A stretch of 63,235 nucleotides of DNA, counting the filler, from Dugesia japonica (Eukaryota), in NCBI GenBank assembly GCA_001938525.1. It is 5 parts of 5 records of this genome, joined end to end, with 100 filler letters (N's around TTAATTAATTAA, not from the genome) between each part and the next. Parts side by side here need not be neighbours in the genome. Positions count along the whole stretch, not along the records: positions 30,846 to 41,382 come from MQRL01386158.1; positions 41,483 to 52,505 come from MQRL01315521.1; 3 more parts are not named here. One strand, 5' to 3'. The notes beneath the pieces were generated by a model. It was not told where the DNA came from. It made no database searches and saw only the letters and a list, made by a program, of their open reading frames with translations. Positions 38,861 to 51,659 of the stretch are shown here, piece by piece. How positions within the stretch are numbered: position 1 is the stretch's first letter; the number at the start of each line of letters is the position of its first letter. The position numbers were made by a program, and so were the translations under genes.

Positions 38861-40300
38861 AGTAGGTAGAAAGTGGCGCCACAGCACAATTTGTATACCC
38901 CCCTTACCTCTCGCCTTTGGAAACCGCTTACGATTGTGCTATGATTTTTGTGCTGATTTTTTCGGTAGTTTTTTTTCTAAGATTTTTTATCCTGAAAGTG
39001 TGTGTGTGTGTGTATTTTATATTTTTAAAATTTGTGTGTGCTTGGGTTGCTAAGAAGGTTAATTTAAAGTAGGCAAAGTTTAGTTTGTGTGTGTGTGTGG
39101 AAGAAGGAAATTGAACTCGAGGGAATGCTGGAGATCTTGGAAATAATTTTTCGGGGGTTTTTAATATTTGATTGTGGTTGGACAAAAATTCTTTATATAC
39201 TTTGTCAACAGAACTTATGAGGTGGGATGGATGGTTTGTTTACAAAGGGTAGTGTCGCCACGGCACAGGCATATGAGTTATCGTGGTGTGATTTTTGATT
39301 TTTTAGGGTGTTGGTTTGTATGGGGTTTGGATTTCAGTTGTTATAGATTGTTGGAAAGGTAATGTGATGGTGAATATTTTAAATGTCGATTGTGCTTTAA
39401 TTTCTGATTGGTTGTGGTCAAATTTGATTAGTTGATATTTGTAAGTAGTATAAGTGTTTTTAAAAAATTTTCGGGAAGGGGAAAGTGGTATGGGTTTAAA
39501 GAGAATTAAGTATCAGATTTTTTAGAATTTATTTAAAATTTTTCTGCCGGGTTTGTATGACGTATTAATTTTTCGAAATCTTAATTTTGTGTAAAAATGC
39601 TGTATTTTGCTTAAAATGACGAATTAATTGAAAATAATGGTATTTTTGTAAAAATGATGTATTTTTGAGTATTTTTTTGAGTATTTTTTGTATTTTTGTA
39701 TGGTAGGGTGTTTTTTATATTTTTGAAATAGGAAGAGGGTAGTTTTGATATTTTTGAAAAAAATATTTTTGGTGGGAAATTTAAAAATTTAATTTTGGGG
39801 TTGGGGGGTTAATTTAAAATTTTTTTTGAGCAGACTTTATATTTATGTATGTGATGGCAGTCTTGATATTTATGTATGGAATGTACTGTCTTGATATTTT
39901 TGATGGAATGAGGGGAGCCTCCATATTTTGCATGGGATGAGGAGAGTCTCTATATTTAGCATGGGATGAGGTGATTCTTGATATTTTGTAAAAGATAGAG
40001 AAGTCTAAAATTCCCAGGCATTTGATTTTCAGTGTATGTGTGTTGCAGATGTGTTGCATCTGAGTTGCATACCTATAGCATTTATTATTAAAAACACTGG
40101 GGTAGTAGAAAAAAACTGAGGTAGTCTTTATATTTTGTAGAAAACGGGACAGTCTTGATATTTTTTGCCATAGTTTGGTTAGTATTGATTTTTTTTGAAC
40201 AGTCTTGATATTATTGCAAGATATTGGGCAGTCTTGATATTTTTTAATATTGAGCATTCTTTTGCAAGAGATTAGATAGTTTTTTATGTTCCGGGCAGTT
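38861..40300 (+). mobile_element. Second Maverick terminus with a G/T-skewed subterminal region
   Basis: Begins AGTAGGTAGAAAGTGGCGCC. Strongly G+T-skewed, with repeated gtcttgatattttt motifs at ~39830-40245. The right boundary is approximate. Confidence 0.55.
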
Positions 40301-40759
40301 TAAAATTTAAATAAGTTAATTAAAATTAATAAATTAAAATTAATTAATTAAATTTAATTAACATGATAAAATATATCCATCAAAAAAACTTTAAAGAGTG
40401 GAGTCTTTGTGATATTTGCATGATAAATATTAAAATTAAAACTTTTTTATAAAATGATAAAAACAGAAATTTTTTCTATAAAACATATTAGTCGTGCAAT
40501 TGTTAACAAAAAATCTCATTAGTGTTGCAATTTTCCTATAAAAAACATATTAGTTGTTAGTTACTGATAAACTTTCTGAAAAGTCCATTAAATTCAATAA
40601 ATTTTTATTTATAACACAAAATTTCAAATCTTCAAATTTTCCAAAAACTATGTTTTTAAAAGCTGAATATTTAAACAAACATTGTAAATATTTTGAAAAA
40701 ATTTTGAAATATTTTATAACGTTTTCTTTAAACTTTAAATTGCAATTTTCAATTTTTAA

Positions 40760-40985
40760 TCCTTACATCCCCCTCGATTAAAAGAAGTTTTTTAAGCTAT
40801 TCTACGTTCCTTTCTACCTCTTTTTCCTTTGTATTTCGTATACGATGACTTCTCTCATCTACCTTATCAGTGATCTTGTACGGGCCAGCATATCTTTAAT
40901 TATCTTTTGTTCTAGTTTTTAGTTTTATCAATACTTCGTCTCCCACTTGAAATTGTATTTTTGTAGGTGTTTCTATGTTCATTGC
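40760..40985 (-). mobile_element. Ty3/Gypsy integrase C-terminus, PPT and LTR start
   Basis: FQVGDEVLIK...RYAGPYKI (GPY/F motif), then gagggggA-TGTAAGG on the minus strand. Confidence 0.8.
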
Positions 40986-41009
40986 CGCAACATTGGCTTC
41001 ATTTGAATC

Positions 41010-41192
41010 AATAATTGTGAAAATTTTACTTGATTTAAAATTTATTTTAGATGCGAACTTTTAATAATCTTTGTCATTATCTACTATTTTTATGTTGCAC
41101 CTATTTCTAATATTTTCAAGTCTTTTTCCATAGAAAGCATTTAACATTAATTTATAAATGTAATCACCAAAGACATCACCATTTCTTTTTTG
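41010..41192 (-). pseudogene. Protein-primed DNA polymerase B fragment (motif B)
   Basis: DYIYKLMLNAFYGKRLENIRNR.NIKIV matches the KxxxNxxYG motif of Polinton pPolB. Confidence 0.8.
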
Positions 41193-41194
41193 TA

Positions 41195-41382
41195 CAGGAT
41201 GCATGATCCGAAATGTCATTATGTTATTTATTGGAAACTTTTGAAATTGCATATAAAGCTAGGGACTCATATAACATTAGTTCATAGAATTGTAAAATTC
41301 AAAGAGATGGAAATTTTCTCTAGTTACATAAATGCAAATTCGGCAAGAAGAGCGGCGTCCACAAAAAATTTGAAAATGATTT
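41195..41382 (+). pseudogene. Protein-primed DNA polymerase B fragment (just upstream of motif B)
   Basis: K.HYVIYWKLLKL.IKLG..IT.VHRIVKF....F.SYI..N..RR, then a frameshifted FENDF running into the gap. Confidence 0.78.
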
Positions 41383-42219
41383 NNNNNNNNNNNNNNNNNN
41401 NNNNNNNNNNNNNNNNNNNNNNNNNNTTAATTAATTAANNNNNNNNNNNNNNNNNNNNNNNNNNNNNNNNNNNNNNNNNNNNTTCTTCACAAAAAATTTA
41501 TTATAAAGTAATAAAATAAACCACTTATTTTAAACAATATAACTAACCATAATAATCACCTTTTGATTTGAATTTATTAATTTTTTTATAATAATATATA
41601 ATTTATACGATTAACACATAATATTAATATTATAAATAAGTCATTTCAAATAAAAGCTTCAATCAAAATTTATTTTTTTGGTTTTTGATAACAATTTTAT
41701 ATTTCGACTTTGTTTTCGACAGGAATTGGCTTTCGTCTAAATTCTGTAAAACGACCAATGGTTACGTCCAACAATTATTCTAGCAAAAAATTCTAATTGT
41801 AAAAAAATTATAAATAATGTAAAAATTTTTTAATTCTTATTGAAATTAATTTTTTTAATAAAATGAAAAAATATAAACTTCAATATTTTCTAACAAACGA
41901 GGTTTATTTTTTGTAAATTTTTATCGACAATCATACAATGATAAAGTGTTAAGTGTTGATAATTCCGTTCATCGTGACAAATGGAGCATTTATTGTTTAG
42001 AGCTTTCTCCTGCATCATCGTTACAAAAAACCGGCAATTTATTGTTGTACTCTCATAACACTGAGATCAACTTGTCTCTGAGTTCACCAGAACTTCTGAT
42101 GTAATTGGCTTTAAATATTCATACCACCCAGTGTAATAAACCTTTCAGTTCATTTTGGGCTCATTTAATTTAAGTTCAGTTCATTAATTAAAACAACATC
42201 TGAATCAATTCAGCCTTTA

Positions 42220-42610
42220 TCTCATCAACTGTAATAACAGTTGCGTCATCTTTGTCTTTTCAAACAATTGAATTTACATATTTCATTTCATTAACTGTAC
42301 TAGTAATGGCATTAACTTAACCTTGGTATTGCACGCTTTCATTGAATTGATGATTTATAATAGCCTCGCCAAATCTACCTTCTCATTTAATTACCAAAAA
42401 AAGTTTTGTTATAACTGCTATAGTAACATCTCATTAAGTTGCATGAATTCACTACAGTTAATTGACTTCAATAGTGACAACATCTTATCACATAACATGA
42501 AATATTTTCTGTTTACTAACTGTGATAGCAACATCATCTCATTGAATTGCACAAAATAATTGCGGTTTATTAACTGCGATAGTAATATCATATCATTAAA
42601 TTGAGCTTCA
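42220..42610. repeat. Degenerate ~54-bp tandem repeat
   Basis: taactgtgatagcaacatcatctcattgaattgca-like units at ~42411, 42517 and 42571, with weaker copies upstream. Confidence 0.6.
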
Positions 42611-44994
42611 ATAATGTCTTTAATATACCTAGATCAGGAGGCTGAATTTTAAAATTAACAAAGTTTATTTAACTTAACAAAGCAAAATGGCCGGTAAAAT
42701 GGTGATTTATTGTTGAATAGAAATAAGCGATTTCTTAATTGGTGAGAGAAACAATTTTTGAATTGGTTTGGAAAATGAGCTTGATGAAAAATATTTTACG
42801 ATTTTTTATCTGATGTTTGCTGCTTTATACTTACGCACACTGGCTTGATAAATTTTCTGTTTCTAGTTAGTATTGCAATTGCTGAGATGTATGCCAATTT
42901 CTATATCCTGCAATTTGGTGTAGAATTATTATCAATATGATTGGAATATAATTGACATGTAAAATGATCACAATGTAGCTGCAATTTGTTTAGTAAAAAT
43001 TGAATAGATGAGACCGCAATTTTGTTTTTCTTCTTAGATTTCCAACTTTTTTTCCAAATTTCCTGGGGTATTTCTTCTCTTTTAAGAGTAATTTATGTTT
43101 TTGATTGGGTGGAATAAATTTAAAATTAATTCAATTTGTTGATAAATTATTTAGATTTATTGAATTTTATTTAAATAGTGTTAAATTCCGGGACGGAATA
43201 TTTTCGGAAAGGGGAGTATTTTGAGAATGGAAAATAAATCATCAATAGGTAAACCCAAAATTGGAAAGAATGTCACAAGAAAGAAAATGAAAAACACAGA
43301 CAAAAGGAGTTAGACCAGTTACCGCAAGGAATAATTGAAGAAAAAACTGAAATTAAGGAACTAAATATGGCAGATGATTGTTAACCTATTGAGTCACAAA
43401 AGAAGAAAAATGTTTAAAGACACAAACAGACTGAGTAAACAAAGAAAGGACAATTAATAACGGAAGAAAGTTAACTAATAAATGGACAATTCATTAACTA
43501 AAAGAAAGAAAGTCGAAAGAAATGAAAAATCAACTTACAGAAAATAAATCAAATGAATTAATAAGTAAAAGAAAACAGTTGAAATTAAATTAAAATTAGA
43601 TCAGAAAAACGAAAAAATGAACATCAAATTATTAATTAAGAAGAAAATAAAATAAATAATTTATTTATTTAAATAAAATAAATCATACAATTTAAAATGA
43701 TTTATTTTTCAAAGAAAATTAAATATTTTATGAAAATATAGCAAAACGAAGACTTCTTAGGGTGAGAAAATTAGCAATTAAGAAACTTTTGGTCAAGAAA
43801 AAATCAGAGATTTCGAAAATATAAGTTAAAAAGACACAACAAGAAGATACAGTGGTTTGAAGATTGACCAATAATTTTGAAATCCCAAAATAACCATCAA
43901 TAAAAAGAACTCGTGTGACGAACAAGCCAATAAGGACGTTAGAAAAATTGTACGACTCCCAGTAACCAATGAAATAAACGAGGGTGTAGAAGAGAACCGG
44001 TATAAATACCAATGTGATTTTTCATCAAAAACTACTTTTTATTCAATTAAAATTACTGAAGCCAATTTTTACAGTAATTATTGTTTTATTAAATTCGTGG
44101 TGCAACGATTCCCGACTTGAAGATAGAAAATTATTGAGGACCCTTAGAATCGTTGATGGCTATCGAAGAAGAAACAATTCATGTGGTATGCTTGCTCCGG
44201 ATTGGGATTCAGGTCATGTTAGTTATTTTGCTCATAATTGTTAAATTTATGTACAAGTGATCGTAACAACTTATAATATATTTTTCACTTGTTAAATTTG
44301 TTTTTTTAAATTTTTTATTGATTAAATGATCCATAGACTAGAAAAATTATGATTGACTACGTTTAAAATAGATAATACACTAATATCTAATAAAAGACGC
44401 ACAATGTGGAAACTGATAAAATAAGTAGTAGGAATCAAGTATGATTTGAAAATCAAGCGAGTATTTTGAAGTCTGAACCAAAATCAAAGAAATTCGAGTC
44501 TGTACTTGGATTCCAAGTCAACGGCTCCATTCTAAAGATCTCGTTTTTCGGGGACACCAGATTAAATTCTTCTTGGGGTTTTACTAGGCCAACCACCATA
44601 GACTTAACTACGAAAAATCAACTCCCCTAGATGAAACCCCAACAAGAATTTTGGAGGTTCATAAGGGATATTGAGTAAAATTTAATTAAAAATTATCGTG
44701 TGGACGCGTAAAACTATCAAAATTACATTAATAATCCATCCTTAAATAAATAATAATTAGCAATCTAAAATCAATTCGGTAAAAAGATAGAGATTCTTAA
44801 ATATCTTAAATAATCAAACAAACAAATAATGTTAGACAGAATAGTCAATAGATACAAATTCTGAAGCAAAAAGGAACTTGGAGTTTGAGCAAAATGTGTC
44901 CGAAGGGGTACGTATTCTTTTTGAAAATGGAATTATACAAAAATAATAAGAAGTTAATATGGACACAAAGTTGCTAACATTCATTCAGAGATAA

Positions 44995-45355
44995 GAAAGA
45001 AGCATTGATGAAGCCACTAATTTTAGTGTTTCCAGATGTCAGGAGAGAATTCATACTGGATACGGAAGCAAGCTACAATACATATTATCACAAATTGGCA
45101 ACAATGGACAAGAAAGGGTGATAGCGTATGGATCACACGCAATAACTAACCACGCATTGTGGTATTGTATAACAAGAAAGGAGTTGCTGGAGATATTCTA
45201 TTTTCTCAACCATTTCAGTCACTACTTATATGGGCGAAGATTCACTTTACGATTAGTTCATAAGTCGATTACGTTTATGTAAACTACAAAGAAACCTATA
45301 ACGGCACAGTTTCAAAATTCGATCAATTACCTAAGTGAATTAGACATTGATTTAC
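44995..45355 (+). mobile_element. Ty3/Gypsy RNase H fragment, same family as 8754-12245
   Basis: Aligns closely at nucleotide level with the reverse complement of ~10040-10415. Confidence 0.85.
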
Positions 45356-45389
45356 AGGGCACATTTTGAACAATTGTAGCAATAAACGG

Positions 45390-47135
45390 AAAATGGCTAA
45401 GAAAGAAACAACACAAAGTCGCCCCAGTAAGGAAGGGGAACAAGAAAATGCAGTGGCCAACTCAATTAAACTTTGCATGCTATAGGTGGAAACCGCAGAA
45501 ACAATAGAACCAGACGACTTCACAGAGGTAGTGAAAAAGAAGAAAAAGGGAAGAAAAACAATTGAAGAAATGAAAACCAGAAGCCAGACGTCGTAGGGAA
45601 GCACTCTAAATATACAGGAAGCCGAAATATATCAAACATACCCTAGAACAGGTAAACTATTTAACAAGGACGAACTCAAATCGAGAGTCAAAACTATCGT
45701 CAAACAACGATCTTACAGATCAGATGGAAGAATTGTTATGGGTATTAACGTTACAACTAAAGGAGTTGAAAGAGGTAACCAATGCAGTACAGAAAGTATC
45801 AGTAAAAGCAATAGTAGAAAATATGCTCAAGTCAAGGTTATCGAAATTAAGAGAACAAGAAAACAGGACGAAATTTGCAATGTAATTGTTGTTAAAAACC
45901 TGGAATGAAACGAAGGAAGTAATAATGAAGCCCACAATACCCAAACAAAAAGAAAACTACAAGTGTAGTGAATATGGCAAACTTGGTCATCTGTCAACCT
46001 GGTGTTGGAATAATAGACTATGTGAATATTGTGGGGAATCAGATCACCCGAAGAAACTATGTTGGAAAAAACCATGCAAGTTATGTGGTGGTTTAGAACA
46101 TACAGAAAAACAATGAAAAAGAGAATCAGATATCGAATCTATCTTTAAAAGAGAAGGATGCTAGAGATTTTGATAAAAGGACCACACGATAGTTTTATGC
46201 GGATTAAAATGCAACAAATGTAGCCGCAAAAGACATACCGAAATAGTATGCCAACCGGACAAACAATGTACTAAGTGTAAAAGGAGAGGACATCTAGCAG
46301 AACAGTGTGGTATCCATAGATGCATCAACTGGGGTAGAACCAAACACACCATTAGAAGGTGCCGATTTAAAGAAAGTAGTGAAAACTTAGTTGTAATTAT
46401 AGAGAGATCAAACAAATTATGTCTGTTACAAGCGTCCAATGAAGAGGATGAAACGCAACCTACTTATATACTAAAAGAAAATCAACAAACGACATACAAA
46501 GAACAGGATAATCACCGGGCAGTACCAGAAGACTGGCAGAAAATACTTAATGCATATGATAATCGGATATCAAGATTAGATGAAGCTTTACGGTTGAGTC
46601 AAGTACAATGCCAAAATTTCAAACTCTTAGCAGACACCGCAATAGATGACAAACGAAATGAACTGGTATTGCACGATATAGCTATGACCTACAAAAGAGA
46701 GTAATTTTCAGCCTAAAAAATTGAGAAGAACATCGAGCATCATTTAACCAAAGAAAAGGACTGAGACAGCAAAGCTAGGAGCTATCTGTCAGGCTAGGAC
46801 ATGAAAAACAAAATACTAGGAATTAAAAAGACAAACCAAACTAATTGACCAATCGCGTAAATCATATCTAGACGAAAACGAAAACCTGGTGGAAACGTAC
46901 AAGGCACAATTATTAAAAGAAGAACCAACCGAAATGGAAGAAATGACATGGACAAAACTCCAATTGTTGGAGGAAGAACAAAGAGAGACTAATAAAAGTT
47001 GTTAAAAATGATTAAGGATAGAGAAACTTTCTACGAAAAATTAATGAAACCGCAACAAAACTGGAAGGCTAGGGCAAATATGAATCCACCAATGCATACA
47101 AGTAACCAAGTTCAATTACCTGGGACAAAAAATAA
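45390..47135 (+). pseudogene. Decayed gag/ORF1-like gene with ~7 CCHC zinc knuckles and a coiled-coil tail
   Basis: CSEYGKLGHLSTWC, CEYCGESDHPKKLC, CKLCGGLEHTEKQ*, CNKCSRKRHTEIVC, CTKCKRRGHLAEQC, CINWGRTKHTIRRC and one further broken knuckle. Confidence 0.7.
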
Positions 47136-47350
47136 CGAGGCTTCAACTAATGTGGGTCTAAAGAAGCTCATAGCGATGATAAGCTCCATACTGAAGAAGC
47201 AATCTGCCAAGGTTATGGGACAATCAAACAATCCGATAATAATCCATTCAGGAGAAGCCATTGGTCATCGCTATTCTTTGCTTGGAAGGATGACAGAAAC
47301 TTTTGTTGGATCTTTTTCCAAAACAACTTGACCATATATTAACTATAAAT

Positions 47351-49116
47351 ATTGGCGTGTAATTAAAAAAAATAAGTAACGCCATTTAAAATAAAACTTT
47401 ATTGCTATATATTTGGACGGATTAACCTGCTGTCTTCAGAAAACATTGAAATAAATGAGTTTATTCAGTCTGTAATATTCTAACAAAGATTAATGCGATT
47501 ATACTAAATATAAGATGGCTATAATTCTTAATTTTTTAAAATAAAATTCTTAATTTTTAAAATTTTTAACGACTTTTCAATAAAATTAATTTACATAATA
47601 ATATTTTATTACTGTTACCTATAAAATCAAAGATGTTTTACCAACATATTTAAATTTTTAATTTTAGATTATATTAAAATTTTAAAACCTATGAAAATAG
47701 AAATTTATTTCAAAAATTAAATTAAATAAAAACCTTTGAAGTAAAAATTTTTTTAAATTCATGTTGGGTTGCTAGGCTTTTGATGTTGTTTTAATATTTG
47801 ATTTTAGTTTTCTTTATTTTAAATATCTTGATCATAATTATATCTCCTGCATATCTTTTCTGTCTAGGGGATGACACCTAGCAACCACAGAAATTTATGC
47901 TACTCTTTCTAGTAACCCGATCTTCCTTTTCCTGGATTCAGCGGACTATGCTTTATCCCGTCTTAAATATGCAATTTCTATTTAATCCGGCTCTCAATCT
48001 ATTGATGTTATTTGTTGTTATTAACAATAAACCTTCCAATTAAACAATTTACAGAGAAACTTTATTTTAGATGCAGGCGTTTACTCGTCGATTTTCATGA
48101 TTTATTTTTCTTTTTGGATCTCCTTGGTTGGTCTTGACACCTCGGTAAGTATACGAATTGTGGAAATCAGTACTCCTTCCTGATCCGCGTAGGTCCTAAT
48201 AATATCTGACATGGCTCGGCATGTATGTGATAGCGCCAGTTCTCTTTCTTTCATTTTATCAACTTTACTTCTGAGTTGTGCATTTCTTATTTGCATTTTG
48301 TTCTGATGTCGGTCATTAAGGTATCATTGAGTTTCCTTGCATCCATCACTGTAATTAATTGATATGAAATATTTTATAATTTTAATTATCTTTATTCAAG
48401 TATTTTTGCAAACGTAAAATTATTCATCTTATTATTTAACAATATTATTCAGAAGTCGAAATCAATGTAATTTGGTACTGAATTTATCTTTAAATTGCTT
48501 CATTTATTTATATTGCTGTTGTCATATATGAATGAAAATCAAAGACAAAACAATAATCAAACTAAAACTATATTGTATATAGATTAAACTTCGGTTATTC
48601 ACACATTGTCAATTTCATCCAACGGTGCAAGAATTTGCGATAAGATAAAGTAATTTTGCAGTTTNNANTAAAATCTTGATTTATTTTCAAAAATATTTAT
48701 AGGTTGTGTATTTTATTTATTAAAGTGAATTTTAAAAAATTTTTTACTTCGAAGGTTTTTATTTTATTTTATTTTTTGAAATAAATTTCAATTTTTATAG
48801 GTTTTAAAAAATTTTAATATAATTTAAAATTAAAAAATTTAAATATGTTGGTAAATCATCTTTGATTTTATAGGTAACAGTAATAAAATATTATTTTGTA
48901 AATTAATTTTATTGAAAAGTCGTTAAAAATTTAAAATTAAGAATTATAGCCATCTTATATTCAGTATAATCGCATTAATCTTTGCTTGAATAATACAGAC
49001 TGAATAAACTCATTTATTTCCATTTTGTCTGATGATGACGGCTAATCCGTCGAAATATATAACAATAAAGTTTTATTTTAAATGGGGTTACTTATTTTTT
49101 ATTAAACATTTGCCAT
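47351..49116. repeat. ~400-bp inverted repeat arms around a ~960-bp spacer (foldback-like)
   Basis: 47351-47762 is the reverse complement of 48725-49116 with scattered mismatches. A related single arm lies at ~6480-6660. Confidence 0.85.
48102..48350 (-). pseudogene. Unknown coiled-coil ORF family, copy 1
   Basis: KMKERELALSHTCRAMSDIIRTYADQEGVLISTIRIL; homologous to 50571-50867. Confidence 0.5.
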
Positions 49117-50570
49117 CGTTTTTTGCATAATTATTATTATTATTACTATTATTATTATAGTTAATATTTAATTAAACGATCTTAAAATCAAAAGAGTTTA
49201 TTATATAATTAAAATGAAAATAAGTTCTTAATTAATTTTAAAAAATGAAATAAATCAACATACTCATTATAAAAGGAAGTTGTAAAATCTTCAACAATGA
49301 AATTCTTCCTAATTACATCATTTTTTACAGAACACATTTGATGAGAACATAAAATGATTTCATCATAACGTTTTCACTGTGATATTCACTGAAAAGTTTT
49401 CATTGAAATTTATTAATTATTTAACAATGAGACGTTTGGATTTTATATATTAATTAGAATTTTTTAAATTGTTCTTTTTCTTTTCTTTAAAATTTTGTTT
49501 TAAATAGAAAATATTATCAAAAGACTTTGTCAGTTGGATAATTTGTTAAGAATTCAATGGAAAATGTAGGTTAGGTACATGTCAGCTGATGTTTGTTGCT
49601 AAGCAACAAAATATCAAGATAAAATATTTTTAATGGTGTATTGAATGATATATTCATTTACATATTGANNNNNNNNNNNNNNNNNNNNNNNNNNNNNNNN
49701 NNNNNNNNNNNNNNNNNTTAAACGAAACTGTAAAGTGATACTAACAAAAGTATAGAAAATGTATGTGTATACGTCTATAATGCAAGATCTATTTGAAAGA
49801 TTTTTGTTTCGAAGAAACAAAACCTTGTTAAGTGAGCACCATGTTGTGCAAAGTACGGTTGTATTGACATATTTATTGAGATAGTGATATATTGAGTAGG
49901 AGAATCTTAGAAAGATAGTTTAATTCATTTTTATATACCATTTATTTACATTTAAATATTTACTTGTCTTTCGTCGACATTAATAATTTTGTAAGAGTTT
50001 AAAAATCTTCGAATATCTATTTTAATTTTTTCAAATTATAAACTAGTATTTTATGTAGTTATCTAATAAAATAATATAAGGTTGGTTTTAATTATTAATT
50101 ACATTTAAAGAGACGACACTATTTTTAAAATTTTTAATTCTTATAAACATTTAAATTACCTTAAGATATAATAACTTTATAATAACTATAGTTAAATTAT
50201 TAAAACCAGAGTTCAATTACATATTGATGAATTTAATAAATTTTTTGGGTTTTTAGGATTTGTTGTTTTAGAATAGTCGCTACTCTCACAATTTCCTTTG
50301 TATATTTGAACTTTCATCACACAATCTAGGGGCATTCCTAAAAACCACAAGTATTTATGTCACCTCTTTGATATGCCCCTTTAATTTCACGTGTTCAGCG
50401 CGACTTTGCGATATCGCGTCTTACTCACTGAATACATGAACCATGATAGCAATAATCTCACATGCTCAGTAAAAATAAATATGAAAAGCGCATCTCATCA
50501 ATTAATACTATAGTTCAAGAAGTACTCAAAGCAGCATTTATTAATACATTTACACTTCCTCCTTTGGTTG

Positions 50571-50867
50571 TTAGGCGTCCAGATGGACGGTCTGCTCCAT
50601 GGCTTTGGTTGATTCCTCAGGAGATCGGTAATTGAACCACAAGGTTCGTAGAATATGGAACAGTGGGGCCTCACGATCCGCATACACCTTGACAATGCTA
50701 GCCATAAGGCGATTGGCTTGCTGAAGTGCCAACTCCTTTTCCTTCAACTAGGCGAATTTCGAGGACGATAGATTCAGTTGCCACTTGAGTTGTAGGATTT
50801 CGTTACGCATCTCGCGTTTCTCCTCCTTCCACCGTTGCTGTGCAGCAGCTGCATCCCGTTTTAACAT
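50571..50867 (-). pseudogene. Unknown coiled-coil ORF family, copy 2
   Basis: MLKRDAAAAQQRWKEEKREMRNEILQLKW...KFA*LKEKELALQQANRLMASIVKVYADREAPLFHILRTL; one internal TAG. Confidence 0.5.
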
Positions 50868-51659
50868 TTTCTAGTCATTGGATCGATTCACTAAATTAAA
50901 ATTTAGCGTTAAGTTAATTGTAACATGTAAAGTTGATACAAATGGTCATAATCAAGTTGCAGTTTAAACTATTAACCAAAATTCTCGAATTACTTAAGAA
51001 CTGATGAAATAATTATTTACTCCGCATCTGCGTTTTTAATCAATTTTTTTAATAGCTCAACGGTGTTTCTCCAAGGAATCCAGAATGTTCCTTCGTCTCC
51101 GTCGTTGGTAAGGACCAACGGAATATGAGATTTATAATACTCGGTCATGGTTTCTACCAAATAAATTTATCAAAATACATTATAATAATAACAAATGAGA
51201 TTTAAGAATAAATTAAAGTAAAAATAAAGGCAATTAATAAAACGATTCTTCGGCCTACGGCCTCATATGACTTTGTCCCCACTTCAGTAGTACGAATCAG
51301 AGAAGATGTCCACAATAGCAGTCATCCTCCCTGGTTCCCACTATTTAGAAGCTCTGTTAAGAATTTTCCTTATGATTATATGGAACATGAAAATACGATT
51401 TCTTATTCGTCGTTTATTTATAATTAAATAACTTATTACGTTACTAAATCTCAATTGTTTAATGAAAACACAATTTTTTAGCAATTATAAACTATATTAA
51501 AACTTAAAGAAAAATTTATAAAAATAAACAAAAAACTGCACGAAACCCAAAACCAAAATCATTTATCAAATTCAAAGTGTATTCAGTGTTCAATTATCGA
51601 GCTCCCCGCTCTTCTATAATGATCATTCTGCATGTTCATTTTATGTCTGCAATAATCTA

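Noticed and set aside
39814-40257. 147-aa minus-strand ORF
   Set aside because: It derives from repetitive, strand-skewed sequence and has no recognisable domain.
41925-42150. Possible IAP-like BIR + RING relic on the minus strand (YYTG...NCRFF...KCSICHDE)
   Set aside because: The BIR zinc ligands are missing or mis-spaced and the RING is incomplete; too weak without an HMM search.
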